Shown here: piece after piece, positions 36,881-50,542 of the stretch | Layout of the letters: each line of letters opens with the position of its first letter | Position numbering within the stretch: position 1 is the first letter of the stretch | NCBI GenBank assembly: GCA_965655095.1 | Contig: OZ296659.1 | Span: 60,326,001 to 60,390,000 of the forward strand | Length of the DNA: 64,000 nt | Direction of reading: 5' to 3' | DNA from: Haplodiscus bocki | Lineage: Eukaryota | Program-made: the position numbers and the translations under genes | The notes under the pieces: model-generated | Told to the model about the DNA's origin: nothing | The model's database searches: none | What the model saw: only the letters and a program-made list of their open reading frames with translations

Positions 36881-39800
36881 GTGACAAATCAATTGAAATT
36901 ACTGTTAGAGCAGAAGCGAACAAGGTCTGTTACAAGGATAAATGATTTTTTGAAACCAAGTTTAATTTAAATAGCGACTTATCGCCGGTCCCTAATCAAC
37001 TAGTCCTTGAGTGCAATCAGACACTCAAAAAAAACTCTTCAGCTCCTCAACAACAAGAGATCAAGGAAATAGAACCACACCAATAATATTCTACCGCTCT
37101 CGCTCGGGGGAACGCGAGGGACCAGAAAACCGTAACTAAACCAGTCCATACAGACTTAAGCCTACGGTTGACGCGAAAGCAGGTGGGTTACAACTTGGTA
37201 AATTATGTCATGAACCATGAAACCTCGAGAAAGCTCCCGGACAACAGCTGCAACAATACGCGAACCGGATCTCATAAGAATCATCAAAGCCATACTATTG
37301 GTACTCTTGGGATACGATGATTATGCAGTGCTCGGACGGTCTGTTATAATCGAACTAATGGAGATAAGAGTTAGTGTTTTTTTCATGACGACGGGATAGT
37401 CTTCCCTTCAAGCTTTACAATCAATCATTTATATTTTATCACGTGTAAGACAACTTGACAATTTGTCAAAACCAAATGTGTCCGCAAGGGCGATGCGTTT
37501 GATGGAGACATAGACTTTTTTACGACTACCTTGAGAACACTTTCTGCCAACAACGCAAAACATCCGGCATGCCTTTGAGAGCCCAAGTTTGTGTGATCAG
37601 GAAAAAAATCAAGAACCAGTGCCATCATGGTGGAAGTTCTTCAAATAAAAAGTACTTGCGAGTTAGCCGAATGCGACAGAGTCTTCTTTTTAGTGTGATT
37701 TGCTGGTGTATGATTGCCCAGTGGCCAAAAACTGAGTACGTCACCAACGGAACACAAGATTTTTTTTCTGAAAAGTTATGTTGCTTTAGATGAATAACCA
37801 AAAGCAATCTGAGAAAGAAAAACATCGCATTTACAAGCAGAAGTTTGGACAGCTTTTGCAAGGGAAACTAATTCCCTCCCAGGTGTCACGAAATAAAATA
37901 AGTTGAAACGAATGAAACAACAGTAAGTTTAAAGCTCAATAAGTGTGTACGATTGAACTGGGAGGACCGAAAACGTCGAAAGCGTCGCCTAAAATTTTTT
38001 CAAAGCAACTCCGTATGACAAATCACACGAGATTAAAAAACACTGTCCAAAAAATGCTGCGAATGTCATCCACTTTGCGGTTTTGATAATAAACTCGGTC
38101 ATTGTATATGAGCCCGTGATTGAAAGAAAATCAAGCATCTTCCTGCCAAAGATCATCATTGTGTTACATACACCATGATAAATGAGAACAGAGAGCCATC
38201 GGATCCAAAAGTGACCTCTATAAAAAAAGCAACAAGGGGAGTAAGGTTCTGGTAATCCTTCTATGGTCAGCTAGTAGAACACCATTTTAACGCTACGAAA
38301 AAAATAGAAAGGAAAAACAGTAGACAGCAATTTTACGAGGAAGTAAATTCGAGTAGTTGAAGATACTAAACACACGGTAATAGTCAAAGATAATCGTCCG
38401 TTATAGAAAAACCAACATCGAGTGTTTCAGCCGAAACCTGTGAGGTCAGGAAATAGACCGCGTGACACGGAAACTCAAGGATGGTTGCCAGCAACAACAG
38501 AAGGATTCGGGAATCAGAGAAAAAGAACTACAACAATAAGTGCCAAACTGCCAAAAGCACCACCATAGTAAATAAACGTTAATTGATCAATGCTAACCTT
38601 CTGCAGTGATGAATGATTGTTGACGATAAAAAAAAGCTGGTGGAAGAGATAAACCGTTGGAATTGCACAAATCATTTTCACAAAAAAATTCTAACGAGAG
38701 CTATTTTCCTACTGGCTCCAGCTGCTAACATGCTTGGTACAAGCCGATTTCTTATTGTTTGCATGAAATGGCAGCATGCTGATATTTTGGAGTCGATCTG
38801 CGAAACTGACTCGATCATAAATATCCTTCACATTTATCGGACAGGACTCCTCACTCCTCTTCTGGCTTGCTTTACTGTTCTCTTCCTCTCCCTTTCACTT
38901 GAAAAAAATCATTCTTAGTCCAACTCCCTTTTTTCCATTTACTCTCTTGGACAAAATTATTCTAAGTCCAACTCTTTTCTCCGCTTCTCTTCGGAAAAAT
39001 TTATCCCAAGTCAAAATCCCGTCTTCTCTTTGCTCTTCCGGGACTAAAAATTCTATTTCCAGATTTACAAAATATTCTAAGTCAAATTTTATTTCTGACC
39101 GAAAAATTCCCTCTTTTTGCTCACCCATTCCATACTCTTGCCACTGGAGTCTAAACAATGTCCACTAACGCCAGCTTCGGTATTGGCATGTGTGGATGCC
39201 GTGGACGAACTTCCGTTCTGAAACAAGAGTGAATCTTAGACTGTACAAGCGTCACGAGGTTCTTCGAAAGATATTTAATTGGGCTTACATAATAGACCAA
39301 GTCTCACCCCGTCTGATGCCGTGGTAATTTAAAATTCAGTCTAATTTCATAGACACGGATTAAATATGCAGAAACCGTCCCTTTTCTTTGCAAAGATTCT
39401 GAAACAACTCAATTCCTTGTTTTAACTAAAAATTCCCCATTTGATTCTATTGCATGTCATATTTATAAGAGGAGAGTCACAGAACAACACGCAGATCACC
39501 GGACTCCATCTATAGTATCCGTAAGTTGAAAAGTTTTCTAATCCAGAAAGAGTATATTTCTCTGGTCAATCCTAATTTTTTATTTATGAACCCTTCCGTG
39601 AAATCCGCTGGACAATAGTCTCGGTTGGAGAAAAAGGGACTAAGAGAAACCCACCAGGTTGCCGCTAGATGCGCGTTTTTAACTGAGTCTGAAATAAAAC
39701 TCAAAATATCTGAAACCCCGCCATTTAATCTTGAGATTTAATCACGGTTTGGAAAACTGGAAAAATTCGGCTGCTTCAACTGGTTGCTATCCTAGCGCAA

Positions 39801-42800
39801 GTACTGGGTGTAAGTAAAATGACTAAAATACCCTGAATTCTAGAACAAAACTTTTGTAAACCCCCCGTCAACGGCTCACGCCTGACCAAAAGAGGATACT
39901 TAAGTCTCGAGCCGGTCAACAGCGACTTGCCAGTTACTGAGTGTAGGCAAAAGGATATATATAAAAAAATTAAAAGAAAGAAAAAAATGGAAAACAGTGC
40001 CAGAATAAGTGAATGTGGTATACTTTGCTCTGGCTAAAAGCTCCAAAAATGTTCGTTCTCAAACTAAATTCAATTCTCAAAATATTTTAGGATTCTCCTG
40101 AAAGTTTAGTTCAATTTTATAAATTGTAGTTTTGGACAGGGTTGTTGAAATATTTAAACAGTTTTTTTATTGTTTGTATCAGTTTTCTGAAAAAAAATGA
40201 TGATCAAATTTTTAAGTAATTGGTTCTGTTTCTTTCTTCTTTCAACGTTTTGTAGAGTTCTTGCTCAATCGTGATATTTAGTACTCCAAGGAATTGAATG
40301 ACGAAGTGATCTTTGGATTATATTACAAAGGGATCTGGATTTTATTTACTGTGGGATTAAGGCTTAGATATGATTTTTGTAAAATCTTGTTTGAGACAAC
40401 TGTTACAAATTTAAATACTGTCAGACTGCTGTTGCTTCACAAAGTCCCCGTTTTTCTCGCTAACAGTTATCTGTGAGTCATTCCTCAGAGAATTACGTTT
40501 GCAAGTGAATTTTGTTGAACGCAATTTGTTTCCTTTTGTAATCTGAACGATTGATTATTGCATTTTCTGTTTTCCTTTCATTGCTCGTAAAGTCCTTGGT
40601 ATTGAACTTACGCAATCTCTGTTCACGGGGCCAGCAGGGCAGCGAAAGTAGGAAGATAAAAGCTCTGGAGGCTAGTTCTGTTTATTGATACAACAACTGA
40701 CACACCGCAGCGTCCGTTTTAGTGGAGTGTTATTCACGTGTCGTTCTAAGCTAAACCGAAAATTAGAAGTAAATAATATTTACAATTTCAACCTCTGTTC
40801 TTTTCTATTACATGCTCCTGCGACAAATTCAACAGAGCAATTCCGGGTAGGTTCATTGCAATATTTTTATGATTGACCGGAGCAGCCAAAAAGTGCCTTT
40901 AGTCTTGAATGTTTTTGATACTCAAGCTCACATTTAAAAAAAAAGTACTCGCTTTATTTGGTGCTTCAGGGCCTTACTCGATACTTATCCACAATTTGAA
41001 AAGCATTCAAATACAAAAACATCTGTATTTGAGAGTTGCATTGGAGTCCTCATAGGCCGAACATGCCAAGAAATACCATCACTTTTAACATTTCTGATTT
41101 ACAAACCCAGGCTTCTACAAAACTTACGTCCTGAATTCCGCTATCGTTGTTTTTATCCACAGTTTCTACTTGAGAAAGAGCGCTCAACACTAAGTTCTTG
41201 GGTTTTTCTCATTCATTGAGAGGTCCCATGTCTGAAAAACTCCAGAAATTTCCATTAGTGTTTGTTTTTCTCGATCCTCTAAATCATTTTTTTACAATTC
41301 AGTTGCATCGCTCTGTTCCTTCAAACAAAGAATCAGCATTATTTTCAATTCAAAAATTAAATAAAAATTTTTTTTTCTAGGAAACGTTGTTTTGTAAAGC
41401 CAAAACCATCAAGAAGTGCCACCTCAAGCTTAGTTCACTCTGTTCGAAAGCAAAATTTTCTAATGCACGTGGGTGGATTGGTTTTCCCAAAGTTCCAATG
41501 AACGCTGGCTGTTTTCTTGTTCATATTATTTTTGGAGGCACTTCATGTTTTATTTGCCGCGATGGAATCCGAGAACATGTCAAAATTGTGATAGGAAAAG
41601 GTAGTCGTTCATCTTCAACGACAACATTCTACAAAACTACGGGCTTGATTTATTCCACCAAAGCCTAAATCTCGGTTGACCATTGTAGAACGAATTCAGT
41701 GATGCAATATGGCATTTTGTTCGCTGCACCAAATCTCTCGGTGACCGGGAATTCCAAATCTCCAATTGTAATTAGATTTTCAGTTTTTTGAGAACCTTGT
41801 TCTTTCAACTAAGGATTTGAATTCTTCGATCGTAATCATTGTCTCATGTGACAGTTTTCAACTTGCAGATGGGAGGACAACATTGAACAATCGATTTTTG
41901 GGATTGTTGGCAATCTTTGAGGGAGTCCTCACCGATCAAAAACGCCGTCAAGTTCCGTTTATTTTTACTGTTTTCCATATTCCAACTGAGTTCTCGCCAC
42001 AGTACAAAGTAGCTTTTTTCCATCGTTTCCTTAATCGATATTTTCGTCAGAGCCAAAACTACACGATAGAAAACTTCAGGTTTGCTTCAACGAATAGGAT
42101 TCTTCTGGGACTAAACTTATCAAAAAAGCCAGTTTAAAGACAATTGGCTCAACTTGTTGACTTTCAATATTCTTTCTAGAATAATGCTAGATTCCTTCGG
42201 AAAACTACTACAGACGGCTACTGATTTCGCGAAACTTGTCTTGCGGACACCCTATTGCTTTCCCTGGGGGAAACATAATTGTTCACCGCACACTCACGGT
42301 ACAAACTGGGGAAAAGTACTCTCATAAAAATTTTACACAGAAAAATTGCCAACTCAGGTGGAAAATAATCATCTCTCCTTTCCTTTCTTTCCTCTCAGCT
42401 CCAGTTTTTTTTTACATTTTTTGACGAAAAATGGACGAATTGATTCCAGAAACGGACATGAAAGTGCTTGTTCCGGCACCGATATAGCACTTACTAACAA
42501 AAAGTCAGTGCTTGAAAGTTTTCCATAATTGGTAAAAGTCGAATTTTCTAGGAATCATTAATCAAAATAACAAATAATAACTAAAAGTTTTTCATGCACG
42601 GGAAAAAATATAAAAGCTTGCTTGGATGAGTATTCAAGAGACGAGGAGGAACAATGAGCGCTCCTAGTCTCTTCCTCGTTTCTTATAGTATACACTAGTT
42701 TGTTCTGGAAACTTTCAGCTTTCTTTAGTAGCAGCGAGTAAGGTAATGAAGCTAGGCAGCGAGACGGAGTGAATACAGATTCAGCTGTCTTAGCACAACA

Positions 42801-43751
42801 TGCTAGCACGTTATATATATTTGGACTGATTTTGACGTCACCAAACCATTATCGGTGGGACACCTACAGAACATTTTTACACTCCTGGAGTCTTTCACGC
42901 TATTATACAGACATACTGCTTAGCTAAATGAGTCAACTCTTTTCCTTACATTATCAATTGTATGGTAATTCAATTGATTCAATGTTTTAACGTTTGGTTT
43001 ATATTGTATTGTAATTAAATTAATAAAAATTTAATTAACATTTTCCAAGTTAAAGTATTGGTATATGTCTGCTTGTCCGTAGCGATTCCCTCCTACTCTA
43101 GATTTACGGATCATTCACATGAAAGGTAAAGTTTTTATAAAGAAAAGTCTATTGTTTGTTAAACATGCAGTTTATTGCGTTTCTTGAGAATCCGGAAATA
43201 TTCCTGTATTTGGCATTCTCTGCGCGCAGGCTTCGCAGATGTGCTGCGACAGCCTGTATTTTGCTTCCAATTTCAGAGCATTTCCTTTTTTTCCCGCTTA
43301 TGCGCCTTTATTGGAACAGAATTTGGGAGCAAAGTTTGAGCTAGAATTGTCACAAGAATCAATGGTTGCTTTTGTTGAGTAATCAGTGCATTTAACATCG
43401 GAATAGTTAAGTCACAGGAACCAGCAATGAGTGAAAATCAATTTAATCATTGATTGAAGCATACATGGTTTATCTGGTATGCAATGATACATAAATCACG
43501 TACGATACATTCATGCAATTCATAATCTATTGCTTTTGCTTGGGACAGGCAGTAGACTTCAACCTTGATATAAAGCACCCTAGGTTTAACAAGAACGTAA
43601 AATCGGGGAACCTAAAAAACAAATCCGCGTTTGAATCTTTTACACGTGAAATACTCTCGAAGTAGCGTGAACATTTTACCAGCGTAGTTCACATTTCCTG
43701 CCCGCTCAGGTGTCTTACATTGAAGTTGGACTGTACAAGAAGTCACTATAC

Positions 43752-43961
43752 CTTGAAGATGAAGTCTGCGGTTGTTGTAAGTCCAAGACATGAGTTCCAG
43801 TTTGCAGAGGTGTGAATCGAATGGGAACTTGTGGGCATCCATTGTGCACAGAAACGTGGCTGTGAGAGGCTCCGAGACCTGGGTCAAACCTGAACTCAGC
43901 AGGGTGTATGGAACCGTCAACTTCCGCATCGCATTGTCGTTTGTTATCTGGTTGTTGAAAA
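43752..43961 (-). CDS. Cys-loop ligand-gated ion channel (nAChR-like) exon containing the Cys loop
   Basis: Acceptor tttgtgtag| and donor |gtatag; 210 bp, phase 1-1. Encodes ...CTMDAHKFPFDSHLC (C-x13-C with FPFD) KLELMSWTY (loop B). Confidence 0.93.
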
Positions 43962-44896
43962 CTACACAAAGAAGAAACAATTAAAAGAATAAATAATATT
44001 AAATAAAGCTTTAATTTTTGGCCAAGGTTTATGAATCGATACCAAGCTAGCTGAATGTATTCGGCGCGTAAAAGCGTGTTTCCGCATAATTAATATAATT
44101 GAAATTCCGCGTGTATGCAACTAAGCGACATTGCGTCACTTATCGAAATTGGCGATGGAATAGGGCTTCTTCTTGGGTTTTTCAGCGGATGTGGAGCCAT
44201 TGTTCTCTTGTTTGAACAAGCTCTTGTGCAAAGATATATTCTGTTCCAATGAAGAACTCATTGAAAAAATGATTATGCTTTATTTCAATTGCAAGCAATA
44301 AACTTACGCTCCAATAGTTTTTTTCCGCATATTTTTATCGCATTCATATTATGTTTTTGTTCCGCTTATTTTTGCATGAATCAGTAATTTTTGCATGAAT
44401 TCAAGTAGCCTGATTGACACTGATCGTTACCTAACCGCATATAATTAGTTTCACAAAACTGGTTCTCATCTTGTCAGCCATCAAAACATAACCCTTGTTC
44501 AGGTAAATTAATTGGTATAGATTTTAACTATAAATTTTTTTATACCAACTAAATGCGCGTAAAAAACTTTATGAGTCAAAAAGTTGCTTTAACATCCGCA
44601 GCTCCAGTATAAATTTCATTTTAATTTCATTTTGGAGCTCCGTTACGCTGAAAGGTAATTTTAAAATTCCGCACATGTTTCCGATGTTTACGGAAGAAAG
44701 ACTTGAATTCCTACAGAAGGTTCAAAAGTATGTCCATATATAGTTTTTCTTAATTATGAAAGCTTTCTGCTATCATTAGATATTTCTTGATTCGAAGCTC
44801 ATTGCTACATGTATATTTATGGGGGCCCATAATAATTGAGTGTCGATTAAAATATTTGAAGCAGTCAACACTTTTGATTTCCAGTGATGAACTGAC

Positions 44897-45026
44897 CCAG
44901 ATCGGGGATCCAGAGATCGTCTTCTCTCTCTAAGTCGATTCTGTCTATACCCCCATAGGCATCCGGGTCCCAACTCACCAATTCATTCTGCCAGCTCACA
45001 ATTAACCACGCCTTCACATTCATGTT
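44897..45026 (-). CDS. Preceding exon of the same nAChR-like subunit (not in the ORF track)
   Basis: Acceptor gtttag| and donor |gtcagt; 130 bp encoding NMNVKAWLIVSWQNELVSWDPDAYGGIDRIDLEREDDLWIPDL. Splices in frame to give WIPDLVFNNQ. Confidence 0.93.
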
Positions 45027-48000
45027 CTAAACACTATTTCATTCTTATTAATTTTTAACTTGGGTTATCTCTAGATAAATTCGTTATATTCTGCATTTTT
45101 GTTCGAAGTGTTTGTTTTTTCTGTGCCAAAACTTTCAAAGGTCTATTGGAGGGACAAAATGATTCAATGTTGGCAAAATAAAAGTGAAATTCATTTTGTT
45201 CGGCAAATTTCTGAAAAAAATATAGTGCCGAAATTTGTTGATTGACTGGGCCACTTAAGCTACTATGATTATCATTTGAGAATGATCTTTTCATTAGAAA
45301 TTGGCAATCAAATTGAGTAAAATTTCCAATTACCAATATGACAAAAAGATTTTATCCATGTGTTCATATTGTAACAGCTACATAAGAACACTCTGTTCCT
45401 ATACTTTATACCGGCCTTGGTCTATCTAAGAGGTTTCTAAAGGACTGTATTCTTTGCTTTGTGGAAACAGCTCCTAATTTGGCTATTTTCAAACTAGAAT
45501 TTTTCCACGATTTTAATTCTTTCTGAAACCTTTTAGCAATATTGACTTCTAATCTCTGATTGAAACTTTTCGTGCATGCTCTAGCATTGCTGGTTGAAAT
45601 TGCTGCTATAAGAACTGCTGGTTAAAATATCGAATTTTCGATCAACTCAACTCCGTTGGGTTAAACATTTTCTCTATTTTAACTTCAACATCTAATGTTT
45701 ACATGAGATATAAAGACGCTATAAATCCTTAGAACACGTGATTGACTAATAAAACAGACAAAATTTGAGACTTTTTGATCATGTTGGGGAGAAGGGATGC
45801 CACGCAAACTAAATTGACTAAAATAATCCAAGGTTTGCAAAATTAAACAAAAAATACGAAAAATTGATGAGATAAACGTGACAAATAGATTAGAAAACCG
45901 TTCCTTATGCAAAGTAACATTATCAACTGAGAAGTATTTGCATGAAAACTCTAAAGAGAAGCAGATTAGGCTCATGAAAATGGCGATATCATACTTGATA
46001 TTTGAGAGAACCAGAAGTTCCGGAAATGAAAATAAGTATTGGTAAAACATAAAACTAGCCATCAAAAGCCTTGAAATCTTTACAGTATTCCTCAATTGAA
46101 GCCAAACTCCGACGTTAAAATTATTCAAACAGTAATCATCGACTGTTACTGAATCACCAATGACCTAGGTAAAAACTGAATGAATAAACCATGCACTATA
46201 ATGATTGCAAAAAGACCGATCTCCTAAAATTATATAGCAAAGGACATGAATCTCAGAAAAGCGCCGTTGGGTGAGACGAACTTTTTTTGTCTCCAACTGC
46301 AATCACATTGATTTCAGGGGTTACGGGGCCTAAAACAACGTAGCAGCCAAAACTTGCCTAGGTAATTGCTTTTCTGTAGATTTTAGAACTTTCCAAATTT
46401 GACGTCTGAGCCAAAAGTGATAGAAAGCTATTTCAATTTCGTTTTCGGGGGCGAAATTAACAAAATCCACAAGATGAACTCCGTCAACGCTAGCACCCAA
46501 AACAGTACTCATAAGGGTTTGAATCATGCTAATTCCAACACTTAAGACTTTTCGCGACAACTAAAAAGATCCAAGTTTCAGAGTTTTTCAGTGTCCGACC
46601 GCAAAGTTTTGATTTATTGAAAAAAAACTTAAAAAAACTTCGAGTTGCATTATAAACTTGTCGGGAGCAACTTACCCGCACGAGGAAGTAGAAAAATTGA
46701 TTTTATTGCCCCCGGGTAGAACTTTTTTCATGAAGCGCCGGTATTTTTCCAATATCGTCCATTTTTCCGCTGACGTCTGCGCTATCACTCTAAGAGTCGC
46801 CGATGCGCACTTATTGTGGAACATTTAGGGACAAAATCGAAAATCAGCCGATTTTTTGAAGGAGCGGCGGTAATGTCGCCTATATCATATCCAAAGAATG
46901 CTGCTAATTCATGATATTCTAGTCCAAACGTCAGTTTTGAAAATCTTTTCCCTAGAGGAACTCAATAGACGTCCCGGAGCTGTTGAGATGAAATATCAGT
47001 TGACTTGGTGTACATTCAGTAACTAATACAATCGTTTTGTGGATGATTGTTCGTATAAAAAGCAGCAAAGTACATTTTTGCAGGAACAACTGTGATTTTT
47101 ATCCTTAATAAATGCGATCATTTTCCGAGCTGAACAGAAGTTTTTTACAGAAGATTGTGTCACGGAATTTTTCTAGATTCAAAATTTGTTCCTAATTTTC
47201 AACCTCTCGATAGATGTTTACTTTCTGGGTTCAGCTCGGAAACACTTTCTGAACAACTTTATAATCAACAGACGAAACTCTGTCAACTGTGGAATTTTGA
47301 TGCAAAAGTCATTTAACCACCGGTAGTTTTCCACGAAAAGCCAACATCTGCCGCTTTTTTTCCCCACGAAACACCGGTTTCTGCGGCTATTTTGCTATGA
47401 GAGACTTTCCTCATTCCTTGTCCGTCGATGCGCCTTATCGAAGAACAATATTGGACAAAGCTGGCCCCGGGTACTGTTATTCGGCACGTGTTTGAACCTG
47501 ATCAACGAGAATGTTCATTCAACGCCAACATAAAGCAAAAGTTAGTCTTTAACAGAAATTTAGTGCATCCAACAGTGAAATGGCGCAATGGTTAACGCCA
47601 CTGTACCGGGCCGAAACTTTCCCCCATAGTTTTTAATTTAGTTTTGTCCCCGGTAACTCATAGTGACAAAACGGCCCTTACCGGATTTTTGTTGCAAAGT
47701 TTCGCCGTTAGGAGACTATCTTACGCCGATTTTATTTTTGCTAAAGAAAATGGTTCCCTGATGTGTGTTGTGGTTCTGGGTCAAACCCAAGAAGTGTGCG
47801 GCTATCCAGAGATTGAAAAGGTAGAGAAGCAAAAGTTGAATCCTGAAACGTTCGGAACTTCAATCTTCTGTAACAGAATTTTTCTTCAGGTCGAAAAATG
47901 ATACCATTTATGCAAACCAGAAATAAATTTTTCCGAGAAAAATATGTTTTCGCTTGGTTTGCGACAAAAGGTCACCCACAAAACCGTGGCACCAGAATTT

Positions 48001-49070
48001 TCGAAAAACTTTAAATCAACTCATGATCATCTTTGAAAAGCCGTGGATATCTGTTGGAATATTCCGCGAGAAAATCTTTAAATTTGCCAGTGGCATTTCG
48101 ACTTCAGTATCATCTTCTAGTGGTCTTCGATATTATCCGAAAATGTATTAGTATAAAGCCGCATCGACGAACCTTAGAAAGGCAGCTTCAGTATGCACGA
48201 AAAAAAGCGATCTTGGCAAAATAAAAGTGCTTCACAGAAAAAATTGAACCCGAGATGCAATTGCGAATACGCTGATAATGAAGAGATTCAAGTCATTTTT
48301 CGAAGCTTTTTAACTTATGGGATGAATTCTAATTTGCAATTTCAATTTTTTTCTTTCAAAAAAGGTCAAAACTAAAACAAAAACTTCATTCCTTTTGAAG
48401 GCTATTTTTGAGATATCACAAGATAGAAAACAGTATTTCACGTTCGGTTGTTCCCCTTCATTTAATCAACAACCAATGATTTTTTAATTTGCTGTTATTT
48501 GTTAAAAAAGATATTCCAATTTTGTTCCAGTAAGATATCTATCATCAAAACCAGCTGATGCACCCAGAAGATTTGGTCATCCCATCCTCCTTGTGAAAAA
48601 GCAGTATTCGGTCCCCGGCGTGTGAGTTGATGGTTACCCATCAGGCGGAGGAAAAGTGATGTAACGAAAGAATGACTTTAGAACAACCCTACGCCGGGAA
48701 AGACATGTCAGGATCTTTTGAATTACACAGCTTGCTCAATCTGACCAGCGAGTGGATCAAAACGTCATAAAGAATGTTGGTAAAAGCTGACCTGTGAAAC
48801 AAATTGGTATATCACCAGGAAAATTTTGACAAAAAAACCTGAAAGACCGATACCGTACAAGTTGGCGAGTCGTATAACAGAGTAAAAATGACAGCTGGAA
48901 ACAATTAACTGGTAATTTAACATTTTAAAAAGTTTAATTTAAACAAAAGTGTTAACTTATGAAAATTTTTCATTGAAAGACAACCTAAAAATGGATCAAC
49001 TCGCACAAAAATTTCAGAAAATCTGTAACGTTTTAAAATGCATAATATTAGTGGAATTCATATGAGAGAC

Positions 49071-50542
49071 TGTCGCAGCACACCTGAGAGGCATGCGGCC
49101 AGCCTCTACCAGTAAGAAAGACACCCTAATTCTCAGGGAAAAACTCAAACTTTAATACTATCAAACAGACTCTTGACTAATTACTTTTAGATTATTTTTA
49201 GTCATTGTACATATATACGGATACGTATCTAATACGTATCCATACCAAATGAACAGAAATATAGTGGTACGTGTTTTATACGGAACACTTCACTAAACCA
49301 ATCAGGACTAGGACGGAATCGTTACGGAGCAAACAAGTATTCATAGAGCAATAATAACCTTAAAGGTGCTATTTTTATTTTATTCTATTTATTAAGTTAC
49401 TAAATATAAGTCCATGTTTTCGGTACAAATACGGTGATTGATTGCAATAAGTGCAGTTTACAGCGGTGCTTTAATTCAAATTGGTGCTAGAAGTAGCGTG
49501 ACTTGTTTGCAATAATTTGACTCTCGGAGTCAACATTTGTTCCGTACGTGTTCCGTTGTCACTAGTCTGGTGACGTCACTAAAACTATTCCAACTATGCC
49601 GTGCTGCGGTGCAATGGTGAATACGGAGTGACTCTGTATTGACTCCTCATTTGAGCACGGCTTACTTAAATTCAACCAATACTACTAGTGGCTACGGAGC
49701 TGTTCCGGATACCACTAGTAGCTACTCGTCGGAACGAGGAGTAAACTAGTAGTGCTACTAGTTTTTCCTCTTTTCTGAAAGAGTGGAAGACAAAAAGATT
49801 AACTGGTGATGAAATGAGCATGAAGATGATGATTAAATCAATTTTTGTACTAAAGACAAGTATGTTGTATTGACTTTTATTTTTTCATTTTTCCGTTTTA
49901 TTTTACTTTCCTAATTAAGGAAACTCATAATATTTTCCATCTATGGAAAATACAATTATCAAGACTGTAAACAGTATGTCGGCGCGAGAATAAACACTTT
50001 GATGTCCATCTCCAACGGATTAGGTCCGTCCATTTTTCTGTCGAAAGATGGAAAAGTCGCGTCCTATGAGGGAAGAGATGGATGGAAAAGTTGTTTATTT
50101 CCCGCCAGAGTCGGCATTTTTGACTTTGATGTGATAATGTATAAAATACTTTGCCCAATTTGTACCTTGACTTGGCCTGTAAACAATTATGTTTCCCGCC
50201 AGGAAAAAGTGTAAGTAGGAGAAATGAAATTACAAAATAGAAGTATTTTTTTTATAGTACTGACGATAATACCCAGGTATTGTTAATTCCCTACGTTGTT
50301 TTTTTCAGAACTGTTAAAAAACCAAAACTGATTTTCCTTTAGCAAAAAGATAATCAAAGAGTAATGGCTGATCATTACTTTTCTGTAGACAATGGCAACT
50401 CTTAGAAACAAGAGTAATATGGCAGCTTTAAATAAAGAGAATTGTGAGGAACATCCTAGGAGCAATATGGCACAAAGCTCGATTGTTCCCAGATGGCAAC
50501 AAGACTACAAAACTCAAGTTTCCGAAGAATTTGAGGGACGAG
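49071..50542 (+). repeat. Direct repeat copy 1 (5' LTR ~49071-49480, PBS, leader, gag start)
   Basis: About 99% identical (roughly a dozen differences by eye) to 59782-61254. Confidence 0.95.
49482..49498 (+). promoter_or_regulatory. Putative primer-binding site (tRNA-Leu-like)
   Basis: TGGTGCTAGAAGTAGCG resembles the tRNA-Leu PBS TGGTGTCAGAAGTGGG and lies just after ...attca. Confidence 0.5.

Noticed and set aside
35500-39200. Short ORFs that might be retroelement debris
   Set aside because: No diagnostic motif recognised.
40611-40680. Possible further receptor exon (- strand, LASRAFIFLLSLPCWPREQRL, with AG/GTAAGT borders)
   Set aside because: The similarity to TM1/TM2 is too weak to assign without RNA evidence.
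45400-46560. Possible DNA-transposase remnant on the - strand
   Set aside because: Only vague motif resemblance and heavily broken frames.
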